A stretch of 64,000 nucleotides of DNA from Eledone cirrhosa (taxonomy: Eukaryota): positions 276,520,001 through 276,584,000 of the forward strand of contig OZ024741.1 in the NCBI GenBank assembly GCA_964016885.1, in the 5' to 3' direction. The first letter of the stretch is position 1; each line of letters begins with the position of its first letter. A program made the position numbers and the translations under genes. Below, piece after piece: positions 54,477 to 63,752 of the stretch. The notes below the pieces were generated by a model. It ran no database searches. It saw nothing but the letters and a program-made list of their open reading frames with translations, and was not told the origin of the DNA.

Positions 54477-54880
54477 AATTATTATTATTTCTCCTATTTC
54501 CTCAGCATTTCATTGTTCTTCTGTTGATATTTAGATTGTTTGATATCAAGATCTCTCCTACAGCCGTAGGTATATCCAGCACTTTTGTATGCTTCTCTCT
54601 GCCAAGCAAAACAAGCTTCCTGTGGTTAGGAAATTCACTTCCATATTCAACATTTTCAACTAGCCACTCAATCTTCTAGCTACTGTCCCGAAGGCTCCTA
54701 TTATAATTGGGATATTAACAACTTTCCAACAATTCCAGTTTCTCTCTACAATTCATATTTCAGATCTCAGTAATTTTCTATTTTCTCGTGTTCTTTATCT
54801 ACCACTCTGGTGTCAAATGAGCAAGCAACATTGATTAGCCAACACACTCTTTCCTTGTTATTGAATATAACAATAGCTGA
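54477..54880 (-). pseudogene. Relic of a restriction-like-endonuclease non-LTR retrotransposon C-terminus (R4/Dong-like)
   Basis: Minus strand reads AIVIFNNKERVCWLINVACSFDTRVVDKEHEKIENY*DLKYEL, then after a frameshift WKVVNIPIIIGAFGTV; ends near (taa)n. Confidence 0.7.
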
Positions 54881-54934
54881 GTGTGAATGATCTATTTACT
54901 TGTCTATTTGAATCTTTATCATGATTATTATTAT

Positions 54935-55580
54935 TGTCAGACACCGTGCTTTGCAGCATAGTTATGTTCCTTTATGTTCTGAGCTCAAATCCCGCCAAGG
55001 TTAGCTTTGCCTTTCATCCTTACAGGGTTGATAAAATAAAGCACCAGTAATGCACTGGGGTCAAGTTACTGGCCTTGTGCGTAAAGTAGAAACAATTATT
55101 ATTCAAAGCCAGCAATTATCCCAGTGCATTACTGGTACTTTATTTTATCGACCCCGTAAGGATGAAAGGCAATCTGAGTTCAAATCCCGCCGAGGTTAAC
55201 TTTGCCTTTCATCCTTACAGGGTCGATAAAATAAAGTACCAGTCATGCACTGGGGTCAATTTCATCAACTTTTCCCTCCCCACAAAATTGCTGGCCTTGT
55301 GCCTATATAAGAAACCATTATTATTGGTGGATTGGCAGTATCGGTAGAGGGTTGGCACTATGCTTTGCAACATAGAGTTACGCCCCTTTACGGTTTGAGT
55401 TCAAATCCCACCACGGTTAACTTTGCCTTTCATCCTTACAGAGTGGATAAAATAAAGCACCAGTAAATACACTGCGATAATTGCTGGCCTTGTGCCTAAA
55501 ATAGAAACAATTATTATTATTTGCTACATAGAGTTACAGTCCTTTCTGAGTTCACAATCCGCTGAGGTTAACTTTGTTTT
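54935..55580 (+). mobile_element. SINE family B cluster with an inverted internal segment (55108-55172)
   Basis: Forward copies flank gccagcaattatcccagtgcattactggtactttattttatcgaccccgtaaggatgaaaggcaa. Confidence 0.88.
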
Positions 55581-55844
55581 TTCTTCTTCCTCTTCTCATC
55601 CTCATCATCATCATCACCATTATCATCATCATCATCATTATTATTATTAGATATTTAATTTGTATGTATTGATTTTACCATTTACCTGTATTTGATTTTG
55701 GAAAGCTTAATGTCCATCTATCCATGCAACTTTTATTCTGCCCTCTCTCTTCTATTCCACCCTCACATCTCAATTTTTACTAACACTAAGCTGCACTCTG
55801 ATCTCATGTCTGCTTGCCTGTCTGTCCATCTTATATTTTGCCAG

Positions 55845-56046
55845 ATCATAAAGGGCAGTTGTCCAACGGCAATGGTTCCCGGATGAACCATAAAAATAAT
55901 AATCATATTAATAATAATAATAAAAATATTTTTGTAAAACATATCAAAGACTTTCCGACCACCAGTCCCGAGGAAACAGTCCTGCCAGTATTGCTGATAG
56001 CCTGTGATCGAATACAAGTCAGTCGCAGCCTCGATCAGTTGATCAA
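55845..56046 (+). CDS. MGAT1: MGAT1 coding exon 3 (Asn-rich stem + start of GT13 catalytic domain)
   Basis: ttttgccag|AT...TCAA|gtaagt, 202 nt, phase 1 to 2. Ends VLPVLLIACDRIQVSRSLDQLIK, matching the GnT-I motif IPILVIACDRSTVRRCLDKLL. Confidence 0.93.
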
Positions 56047-56074
56047 GTAAGTTTCCTATACAAATATTTATATC

Positions 56075-56385
56075 TCTACAATTTTCCTAATATTACAATT
56101 TTCCCAGCATTTCTACAATTTTCCTAATATTTCAATAATTTTCCCAGCATTTCTATAATTTTCCTAATATTTATAAAATTTTCCTAATATTTCTACAATT
56201 TTCCCAATATTCCTATAAATTTCCCAATATTTCTTAACATTTCTACAATTTTCTCATCATTTCTACAATTTTTGCCGCATTTCTACAATTTTCATAACAT
56301 TTCTACAATTTTCCTAATATATAATTTTGCTAATATTTCTACAATTTATCGAACATTTCTACAATTTTCCTAATATTTCTGCAGT
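56075..56385 (+). repeat. ~20 bp minisatellite, about 14 degenerate copies
   Basis: Unit atttctacaattttcctaat, starting just after the exon 3 donor. Confidence 0.9.
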
Positions 56386-57989
56386 TTTTATATTTCTGCC
56401 ATTTATCTTAATCCTTTTGATACCAAACTATCTGAAATTGTTACTTGTTCTAAAGTACTTCGTGAGAAATATTTAACTGAAGCTTAATATTATTTAGTTG
56501 GGATAGACAATACATGATAGCCAGTGGGAGAGAAAGGAATTTGTGCTATAAAGAAGAGCAAGAGGGAGAGAGAAATGGAATGATAAGCATTTATTGTTGA
56601 GTGCTGTTGTAACTTCATAAGCACACGCATAAACACACATTCATACACTAGAATTGTGCCAGAACAGGTCACAGAAGTGTAATGGAACATTTTGGACACT
56701 TCCTAATAAATTGTACTATTAAGGTATTAATGAAAAGTGAATATAATGGGTTTTCTGTGTTATTAACCCATTTGAGATAAAACTGCCTGAAACCAACCCT
56801 GGTTCTATGATACAAAACTATTTATTTTGAACCATTTATAATTATATTTTAGATCCTCCCATTATATTTTTTAAAATTATATTCTAAGTGGCAGCTTAAT
56901 AATGAAGAAGTTAGTTATATTACTAAGTCTCCCCACATTCTTGATTATTTTCAAAATTATTTGAAAATTAGAGGCAGTGTTTTTCATGAGAAATATAATA
57001 ACATAATTGTTTATATTTATCTAAAAACTTCCCATCATAATTTTATGTAAGAATCTTTGTTCCAAACACCAGCTTAATAATGAGAAAATTTGTTTTTACT
57101 AAATTCCTACAAATTCTTGTTTATTTTCAAAATTACTTGATTACCACATATTGTTTTTCATTAGAAATATAACATAATGGTTTAAAGGGGTTTTATATAT
57201 ATTTAAATACCTATCATAATTCTATACAAAAACATTTGTTAACTTATGTTCTAAACATCAGTTTAATAATGAGAAAGTTCTCCTAATTTTCCATTATTTT
57301 CAAAATTATTCGAAAATGTTAGAAATATGACAATGAAATTGTTAAACTTCCATTCTTTATGCTATTTTTCAGTATAATTTTTCACTCTGTTCACTCCAAA
57401 GTTGTTGCAGTCATTCCTCCTCATCCAACTCCACCTCTCTACTTCCTCTTCCTCATATAGAGTATTGCAACAGTGAGAGATTGAATCATTGCCTGTTTAG
57501 TCACCAGTCAGTCAAACAGCCTGCTTTCCATGTTGGCAATGGTTGAACAGATTTTCATGGTCCAAGACTAAACTGGTTAGGGAACCATGTCTTTCTTATA
57601 TGTTCTATACTTTGGCATGGTTTCTATGGCTGAATGCCTTTCCTAACTTCAAACACTTTACAGTGTGTACCAGCTACTTTTATTGTTGTACCAGCACTAC
57701 TAATTTATGAGAGTATATTGGGTGCATTTTTTTCACAACACCAGCACTAGAGGGATTATCATATTTTTAGCCAAACTAATGAGTCCTCTCTACCCTGCAT
57801 TGTCTCCATTCAATCGCTAACCACATTATAGTGGCACCACTACTAGAGAGGCACTTAACATATACAAAGGCTCCTCTTTACTCTGTTGTTTTGGTCATTC
57901 CTGGGAGGCAAAAAGGGAGTTCTCCTCACATTTACTTTTAGCATCATATTTCTTGTACTGATGTGCAAGCCTTTTGTTATATGGCACAT

Positions 57990-58335
57990 CACCAGTCAGT
58001 TCAGTCCTGTGTTAACTCTTTCATGAGGTTTAATGTCTTGAGACATTCTTCACAACTTCATCCAATGTCTTCCTTGGTCTGACACAAGTTCTGTCTACTT
58101 TAAGCACTCTTTGTGCATCACATGTCCATACATGACAGTGCAATCATTTTCCTCACAGGCTACATTCAATTCCTCTTATACTCAGCTTTTTCTCAGTTCA
58201 TTAGTGGTTTCTCATTCATATATTACAAATCCAGCAGAACATACATGTCCCATTTCTTTTTAGTCACTGCATATTTTCTACACTATGGTCCATGTCTCAC
58301 TGCCATGTAGCATAACAATTAGAACACAAGGCTCA
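57990..58335 (-). mobile_element. Old degraded RTE fragment
   Basis: Minus strand reads YEPCVLIVMLHGSETWT near 58285-58335. Confidence 0.65.
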
Positions 58336-58342
58336 TATATAT

Positions 58343-59649
58343 ATCATCATCATCATCATCACCGTTTTACGTCCGTTCTTCCACGCTAGCATGGGTTAGA
58401 CGGGTTGTCCTGTTGTGGGCAGTGTCTGGTCGGCTGACCATGCCTTGCTCATACAGGAACTGATCTGGCTTGATTTCTACAGCTGGATGCCCTTCCTAAC
58501 ACCAACCTCATTTACAGTGAGTGCTGGGTGCTTTTTCGTGGCGCCTACACGTCCACTTTACAGTGTGGGCTGGGTGCTTTTTTGCCGTGGCACCTCCACG
58601 ACCACCTTGCGGTGGGGGGAGTGGGGGTATATTGTTTATATGCTTCAGCATGTACCCATGGGAGGTCGGGTACCCTGTATTACTGCGTGACGCCAGAAGT
58701 CACGGTCGTGTGTCATTGTCTTTGAGAGGTGTAGTTGGGTAAGGTCGGCTTTTATCACCTCATCCCAAGTCATCTTGGGTCTCCCCACTCCGCGGTTTCC
58801 ATCAACTTCTAGTGCTCTGTACCTTTTTATGCAGCTGTCATCCTTCATACGCATCACATGTCCATACCAGCGTAACCGCCTCTCCTGCACGCAGCATTTG
58901 ATTCCTCTTATGCTCAGTCTCTCTCTCAATTCCTTTATGCTTTGTCGTTCACGTATATTACTGTTACACATCCATCGGAGCATGCAGGCTTCGTTTCTCT
59001 CTAATCTACGTAAGTCTTCCACCTTCAGCGCCCAGGTCTCACTACCATGCAACATCGCTGTTCGGATACACGCATCATACAGTCTGCCTTTCATTCTGAG
59101 GGAGAAGCCTTTTGCAGCTAGCAGTGGTAGTAGTTCCCTAAACTTCTTCCATCCCGTTCTTACCCTAGTTATTGTACTTTCTGAGCACCCACCTCCGTTG
59201 CTAATTCGGTCACCTAGGTAGCAGAAGCTGTCTACTGTTTCTACAGGGCCCTCCCAGAGATTGGTGGTACTTGTTTCCTGTGGCTTTTTGCTTGCTGTTT
59301 CAGCACAGCTGCTGCATGTGAATCCTACATTCTTAATTAAGCTTCCTGAGATCCCGCTACATCTCTTGTGTACCCATTGTTTGCATTTGGGGCAGAGAAT
59401 GGAGTTCCTACCTACACCTTTCCTACATACTGAGCAAGGCCATTTCCCTGAGGGGATCTGGGTTCTGTTTTCTCGTCTACTTACAAGGACCTTAGTCTTT
59501 GTCATGTTGACTTTGAGGCCCTTTCTCTCTAGTCCCTGCTTCCAGGTTTGGAATTTATTCTCTAGTTCTACCATAGATTCAGCTATGAGTGCGAGGTCAT
59601 CAGCATACAGGAGTTCCCATGGGCATCCGGTCTTAAACTCCTCCGTTAT
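58343..59649 (-). mobile_element. 5'-truncated young RTE LINE (open RT C-half, zinc-finger insertion, 3'UTR, (GAT)n tail)
   Basis: Stop-free ORF 58645-59676 with GCPWELLYADDLALIA, VDSFCYLG and MLHGSETW. (TA)n on both sides. The ORF's first ~9 codons are flanking sequence, not element. Confidence 0.95.
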
Positions 59650-59668
59650 ATATATATAAAATAAACAT

Positions 59669-60006
59669 GGAGGCATATGGCTTAGTGGTTAGAGCATTGG
59701 CCTTGCAATCGAAAGGTTGTGAGTTTAATTCTCAGACCGGGTGATGTGTTGTTTCCTTGAGCAAGACACTTTATTTCACATTGCTCCAGTTTACTCAGCT
59801 GTAGAAATGAGATGATAGGGACTGGGGTCCATATCATTCCACTGCAAAGTGGTCGTGGAGGTGCCACGGCAAAAAAGCACCCAACACTCACTGTAAATGA
59901 GGTTGGTGTTAGGAAGGGCATCCAACTGTAGAAATCAAGCCAGAATCAGTTCCCGTCCCACCCTTGCAAGCAGGGAAAAAGCGGACATAAAATGAAATGA
60001 AATGAA
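59669..60006 (+). mobile_element. Full-length tRNA-derived SINE family A
   Basis: A-box tggcttagtgg, B-box-like gagtttaattc, ccttgagcaagacactttatttcac module, RTE-like tail, and an (atgaa)n end. Confidence 0.9.
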
Positions 60007-60204
60007 ACATACGAACACAGCTACATGTTCATGCAAACACACATGTCCACTCCACATATACAATGATTACCTCCCTTCCTAAACCTCTCTAATGTGTAAG
60101 ATACCCTTTGACCTGCAAATCTCTAGAATAGCTGAATGAATACCCCCCCCCCCCCCCCTCCACACCTTCCTCTTCTCACTCTTTATCTTTTATTTCTAAC
60201 TCTA

Positions 60205-60240
60205 TCTTCTGATGAAGGACTAGTGTCTGAAATGTTAAGA
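60205..60240 (+). ncRNA. Degenerate minimal type I hammerhead ribozyme motif (Penelope-like element relic)
   Basis: tctt-CTGATGA-a-ggac(tagt)gtct-GAAA-tg-tt-aaga: stems I and II pair, core largely intact. Confidence 0.55.
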
Positions 60241-60320
60241 CTCTTTCCCTGCTATTTCAAGCATTAAACTTATATATTTCTCCAAAGTACTGTGCCATTG
60301 GCTTTGTTATTTCTGTTTAC

Positions 60321-60351
<31 letters not shown>

Positions 60352-60466
60352 TCTCTCTCTCTCTCTAATTCGAATATGTGTTGGTTAATTACTGGCACTT
60401 CAGTATGCAAGGTAGAGCACTCTTTGAAGTGCATAGCAGGTGGACCTGTTTACTTCAGAGTATATT

Positions 60467-60596
60467 TAAAAACAAGAAATGTAAGTTAACAAGTTAAAAT
60501 TAACCTTGTTTATATATTATGATAAATATATATATAACAGCGAATATGAATAAACAAAGTTAATTTTAACCTGTTGACTTACACTTCTTGTTTTTA
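60467..60596. repeat. ~46 bp imperfect inverted repeat (MITE-like hairpin)
   Basis: taaaaacaagaaatgtaagttaacaagttaaaattaaccttgtttat / ataaacaaagttaattttaacctgttgacttacacttcttgttttta. Confidence 0.85.
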
Positions 60597-60783
60597 TACA
60601 CCTACACACAAGCACACGCTCACTCTGCAGTACGGAGACTTGGAAGACCACAAATTGGAGTAGTACTCAATACATAGTATGATGCAGAGTCGGTGTATTA
60701 GTGAGGTAGAGATTACTAACCCAAACCGCCTGAGCTCATGGTCTATCCTCTACCTCACTAATTTATAAAAATATATATATATA

Positions 60784-61313
60784 GACGGTAGCCACGGAGG
60801 AGGCAGACCCAGAAAAACCTGGGACGACTTGATAAATTCCAACCTCACACACTTACACCTCTCCAAGACAATGTCACTGGACCGAGATCTTTGGCGCTAC
60901 ACAGTAATACAGAAGACCCGCCTTGCCTAAGTACAAAGCGAAACCTACAGTCAGTAGGCACCTCTAACAAAAATACACCCGTCCCACTATCCCCACCCCA
61001 TCCATACCACCCCTTCCAATGTAAAGTTATGTTGCTACCACAACATCCAGTCCGAAACAAATGAGGTCGTGTAGGTGTCACGACAAAAAAACACACAGTC
61101 CACGCTGTAATGTGGCCGTGTAGGTAACACGGTAAAAACCTCCCAGTCCACACTGTAAACGTGGTTGGTGTTAGGAAGGGCATCCAGCTGTAGAAAACCC
61201 GCCAGACAGCCCTATACGAGCAAGACAACCAATCTTGTCTCAAGTGGGAAAATTCCCGTCCAAACCCATGCTAGCGTGGAAGATGGACGTTAAACGATGA
61301 TGATGATGATGAT
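60784..61313 (+). mobile_element. RTE LINE 3' end inserted in (TA)n
   Basis: DGSHGGGRPRKTWDDLINSNLTHLHLSKTMSLDRDLWRYTVIQKTR followed by 3'UTR and (GAT)n; TA runs on both sides. Confidence 0.9.
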
Positions 61314-61716
61314 ATATATATATATGGTTGAATAACATTCATATGCTCAGTTGGTTTCACTTAGAGATCCCGCTGAATCATTTGGAAACAGTTGCTTCAT
61401 ATAGGATTTTCTGGGGTGGGGGGTCTAATGACTCTGCCTCCACAACCCTCTCAAAAATAGGTGGGGAAAGATGGTGTGAGTATATATGTGTGTATACACA
61501 CAACAATCTTCCTCAGAGTTTCTCTCAACCAAATGTCACTCACAAGGCATTAGTCTATAGTTAGAAACACTTGCTGAAGGTACCACACGGTAGAATTGAA
61601 CCTGAACCCACATGGTTGTGAAGCAAAATTGTTTACCATACAGCCATGTCTGCACCAATTGTTTGTTTTGTTTTGTTTTTTTTACATATTTGTTTGTTTC
61701 TTTTTGTGTGTTGTAG

Positions 61717-61825
61717 GTATCGCAAGGATCCTCACAAGTTCCCTATTATTGTCAGTCAAGACTGTGGACATGTGAAGACATCAATGACTATTGACCGGTA
61801 CAAAGACAAAGTCACACACATCAAG
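61717..61825 (+). CDS. MGAT1: MGAT1 coding exon 4
   Basis: ttgtag|G...AAG|gtaagc, 109 nt, phase 2 to 0. Encodes YRKDPHKFPIIVSQDCGHVKTSMTIDRYKDKVTHIK, with the hallmark FPIIVSQDCGH. Confidence 0.96.
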
Positions 61826-61964
61826 GTAAGCTGGCCAGCTTTTATCTTATGCCAGTGTCTCTCAAAATGGACTGCATACCCCACCAGTGGGATATGATAA
61901 TATTTTGGTGGAAGTTTTGGAACTTCAGAATGGGTCATATAGGATATATACTGTCTTTGTCCGA

Positions 61965-62135
61965 TCATGAAGGCTAGACAGAAATGAAGCTACCATGTTC
62001 CGAAGGATGATTAATGTTAGTGTGCAGGAACAGTGAAGCATGTATGAGCTGAGAATAAGATTAGACATAAGAGGTATAATGTGCAGTGTACAGGAGAGAA
62101 GGTTGCTTGGGTATTGACATGTACTGTGTATAGAT
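61965..62135 (+). mobile_element. Degraded RTE ORF fragment
   Basis: RLDRNEATMFRRMINVSVQ...ELRIRLDIRGIMCSVQERRL, with stops. Confidence 0.7.
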
Positions 62136-63257
62136 AAATATTGTGAATGTATGTGGCTAGTGGCTTAATGGTTAGGGAATTGGATTAACAATCGTGAGAT
62201 TACGAGTTCAATTCCTGGACCAGGCAATGCATTATATCCTTGAGCAAGACACTTTATTTCATATTGTCTTTCTGACAGGAGTTGTGACTGGTAGATAGTA
62301 TCAGTAATGGAAAGACTAATGGAAACATCATTCCCTTGGTCCGATTTGACAACGTCTATTCCACTCAGTAAACGAATGAGGTCTGGGATCTTGTTGATCG
62401 ATGTGGCTTAGTAGTTAGGGCATGTAACTTATTATGTAAATAGTGTCCCTGAGCAAGACATTTTAGCTTCATGTTGCTCCAATCCACTCTCCATGAGAAC
62501 AAATTTGACGGTACGTGTGTCTGTGGAATGCTCAGCCACGTGCATGTTAATTTTACAAACAGGCTGTTCAGTTGTATAAATAACTGGAACACTTGACATT
62601 GAACTGACATAGGTCCAACACTTAGGTGATGATTGCTGGTTGAAGAAATTGTAAGAGTTACAAATAGAAGGAAGGCTGGAAGAGAAAGACCAAGAAAGGT
62701 ATGAGTAGAGGGAGCGAAAGTTGATCAGGAGAAACTGAGAGACACGATGGAGATGGCAAAGGAAAGAATCAAGTGGACAGATGGTGTAGTGGAGAGGAAT
62801 TGGCTAACTAATGCAAGCATGGAAAAATAGATGTAAAAACCAGGATGGGATGGCAGGTTAGCTCTGGACATTTATCTGTAAGATGTGTTGATATTGTTAG
62901 GGTGATGGACTCACAATCATAAGGTTGTGGGTTTGAAACCTGCATAGGAATGTGACCATATCATTAAGACACTTAATAAACCTCCTATGAGATACAACCT
63001 TGTTGGAGGCCAGCTAAACCATAAGTGTGTGTGTGCTGTGAATTTCTTCTTTTTTTCTTTCATTTCATATTTAAAACATAAACAATCAATGAGAAATGTG
63101 TTCATAGGGCTATGTTTTATTTTATTTTTATGGGGTGGGAGAAAAATGCTACCAATTCACTTACAGCAATGCAACTACTGCAAAGAACAGGAAGTAATAA
63201 AATTAATAAAGTAAACAAATAAAAGATATCCACGCTCTTCCATACATTGTGATGCCT

Positions 63258-63380
63258 TCACCACTTCCAGATTTTAAAAAATCACCACTTTCAGATTTTT
63301 AAAAAATCACCACTTTCAGATTTTTAAAAAATCACCACTTTCAGATTTTTAAAAAATCACCACTTTCAGATTTAAAAAAT
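63258..63380 (+). repeat. 25 bp tandem repeat, about 5 copies
   Basis: Unit aaaaaatcaccactttcagattttt. Confidence 0.9.
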
Positions 63381-63417
63381 GCCAGTATAACAACACAAGG
63401 TATCCTTCTCTTAACTC

Positions 63418-63456
63418 TCCTTTTGATGAAGGAATATTTCCCCGAAATATTAAGGA
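63418..63456 (+). ncRNA. Second, more degenerate minimal hammerhead-like motif
   Basis: tcctt-TTGATGA-a-gg(aatatttcc)cc-GAAA-ta-tt-aagga: 5 bp stem I, C3 mutated. Confidence 0.4.
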
Positions 63457-63613
63457 CTAGATAAACACCTCCAAGATAACATTCCAACAACTTTGTTTTC
63501 GTTAGTTTTAACATTTAACCTCCCAATTACATTGTTACAGCTCTATAAAAAAAACATTATTTTCTTTGTTTTATTTTATTTATTTATTTTTATTTTTTTT
63601 TTTATTGTTGCAG

Positions 63614-63752
63614 CATCCTGATTTGAGTGACATTAACCTACCATGGCCGCAAACCAAGTTCCAAGGTTACTACAAAATAGCCCGACACTATAGGTGGGCC
63701 ATCAACCAAGTATTAGTGAAACTTAATTTCTCAGCTGTGATAATTGTTGAAG
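63614..63752 (+). CDS. MGAT1: MGAT1 coding exon 5 (ends at the E of the EDD/DxD motif)
   Basis: ttgcag|CAT...GAAG|gtaagt, 139 nt, phase 0 to 1. Encodes HPDLSDINLPWPQTKFQGYYKIARHYRWAINQVLVKLNFSAVIIVE, with the hallmark KFQGYYKIARHYRWA. Confidence 0.97.

Noticed and set aside
58645-59676. Stand-alone 343 aa host gene or active retrotransposon
   Set aside because: It is a 5'-truncated LINE lacking the endonuclease and the N-terminal RT motifs; the ATG comes from flanking sequence.
59669-59745. tRNA gene
   Set aside because: A/B-box-like motifs continue into a SINE body and are multi-copy; I could not build a complete cloverleaf.
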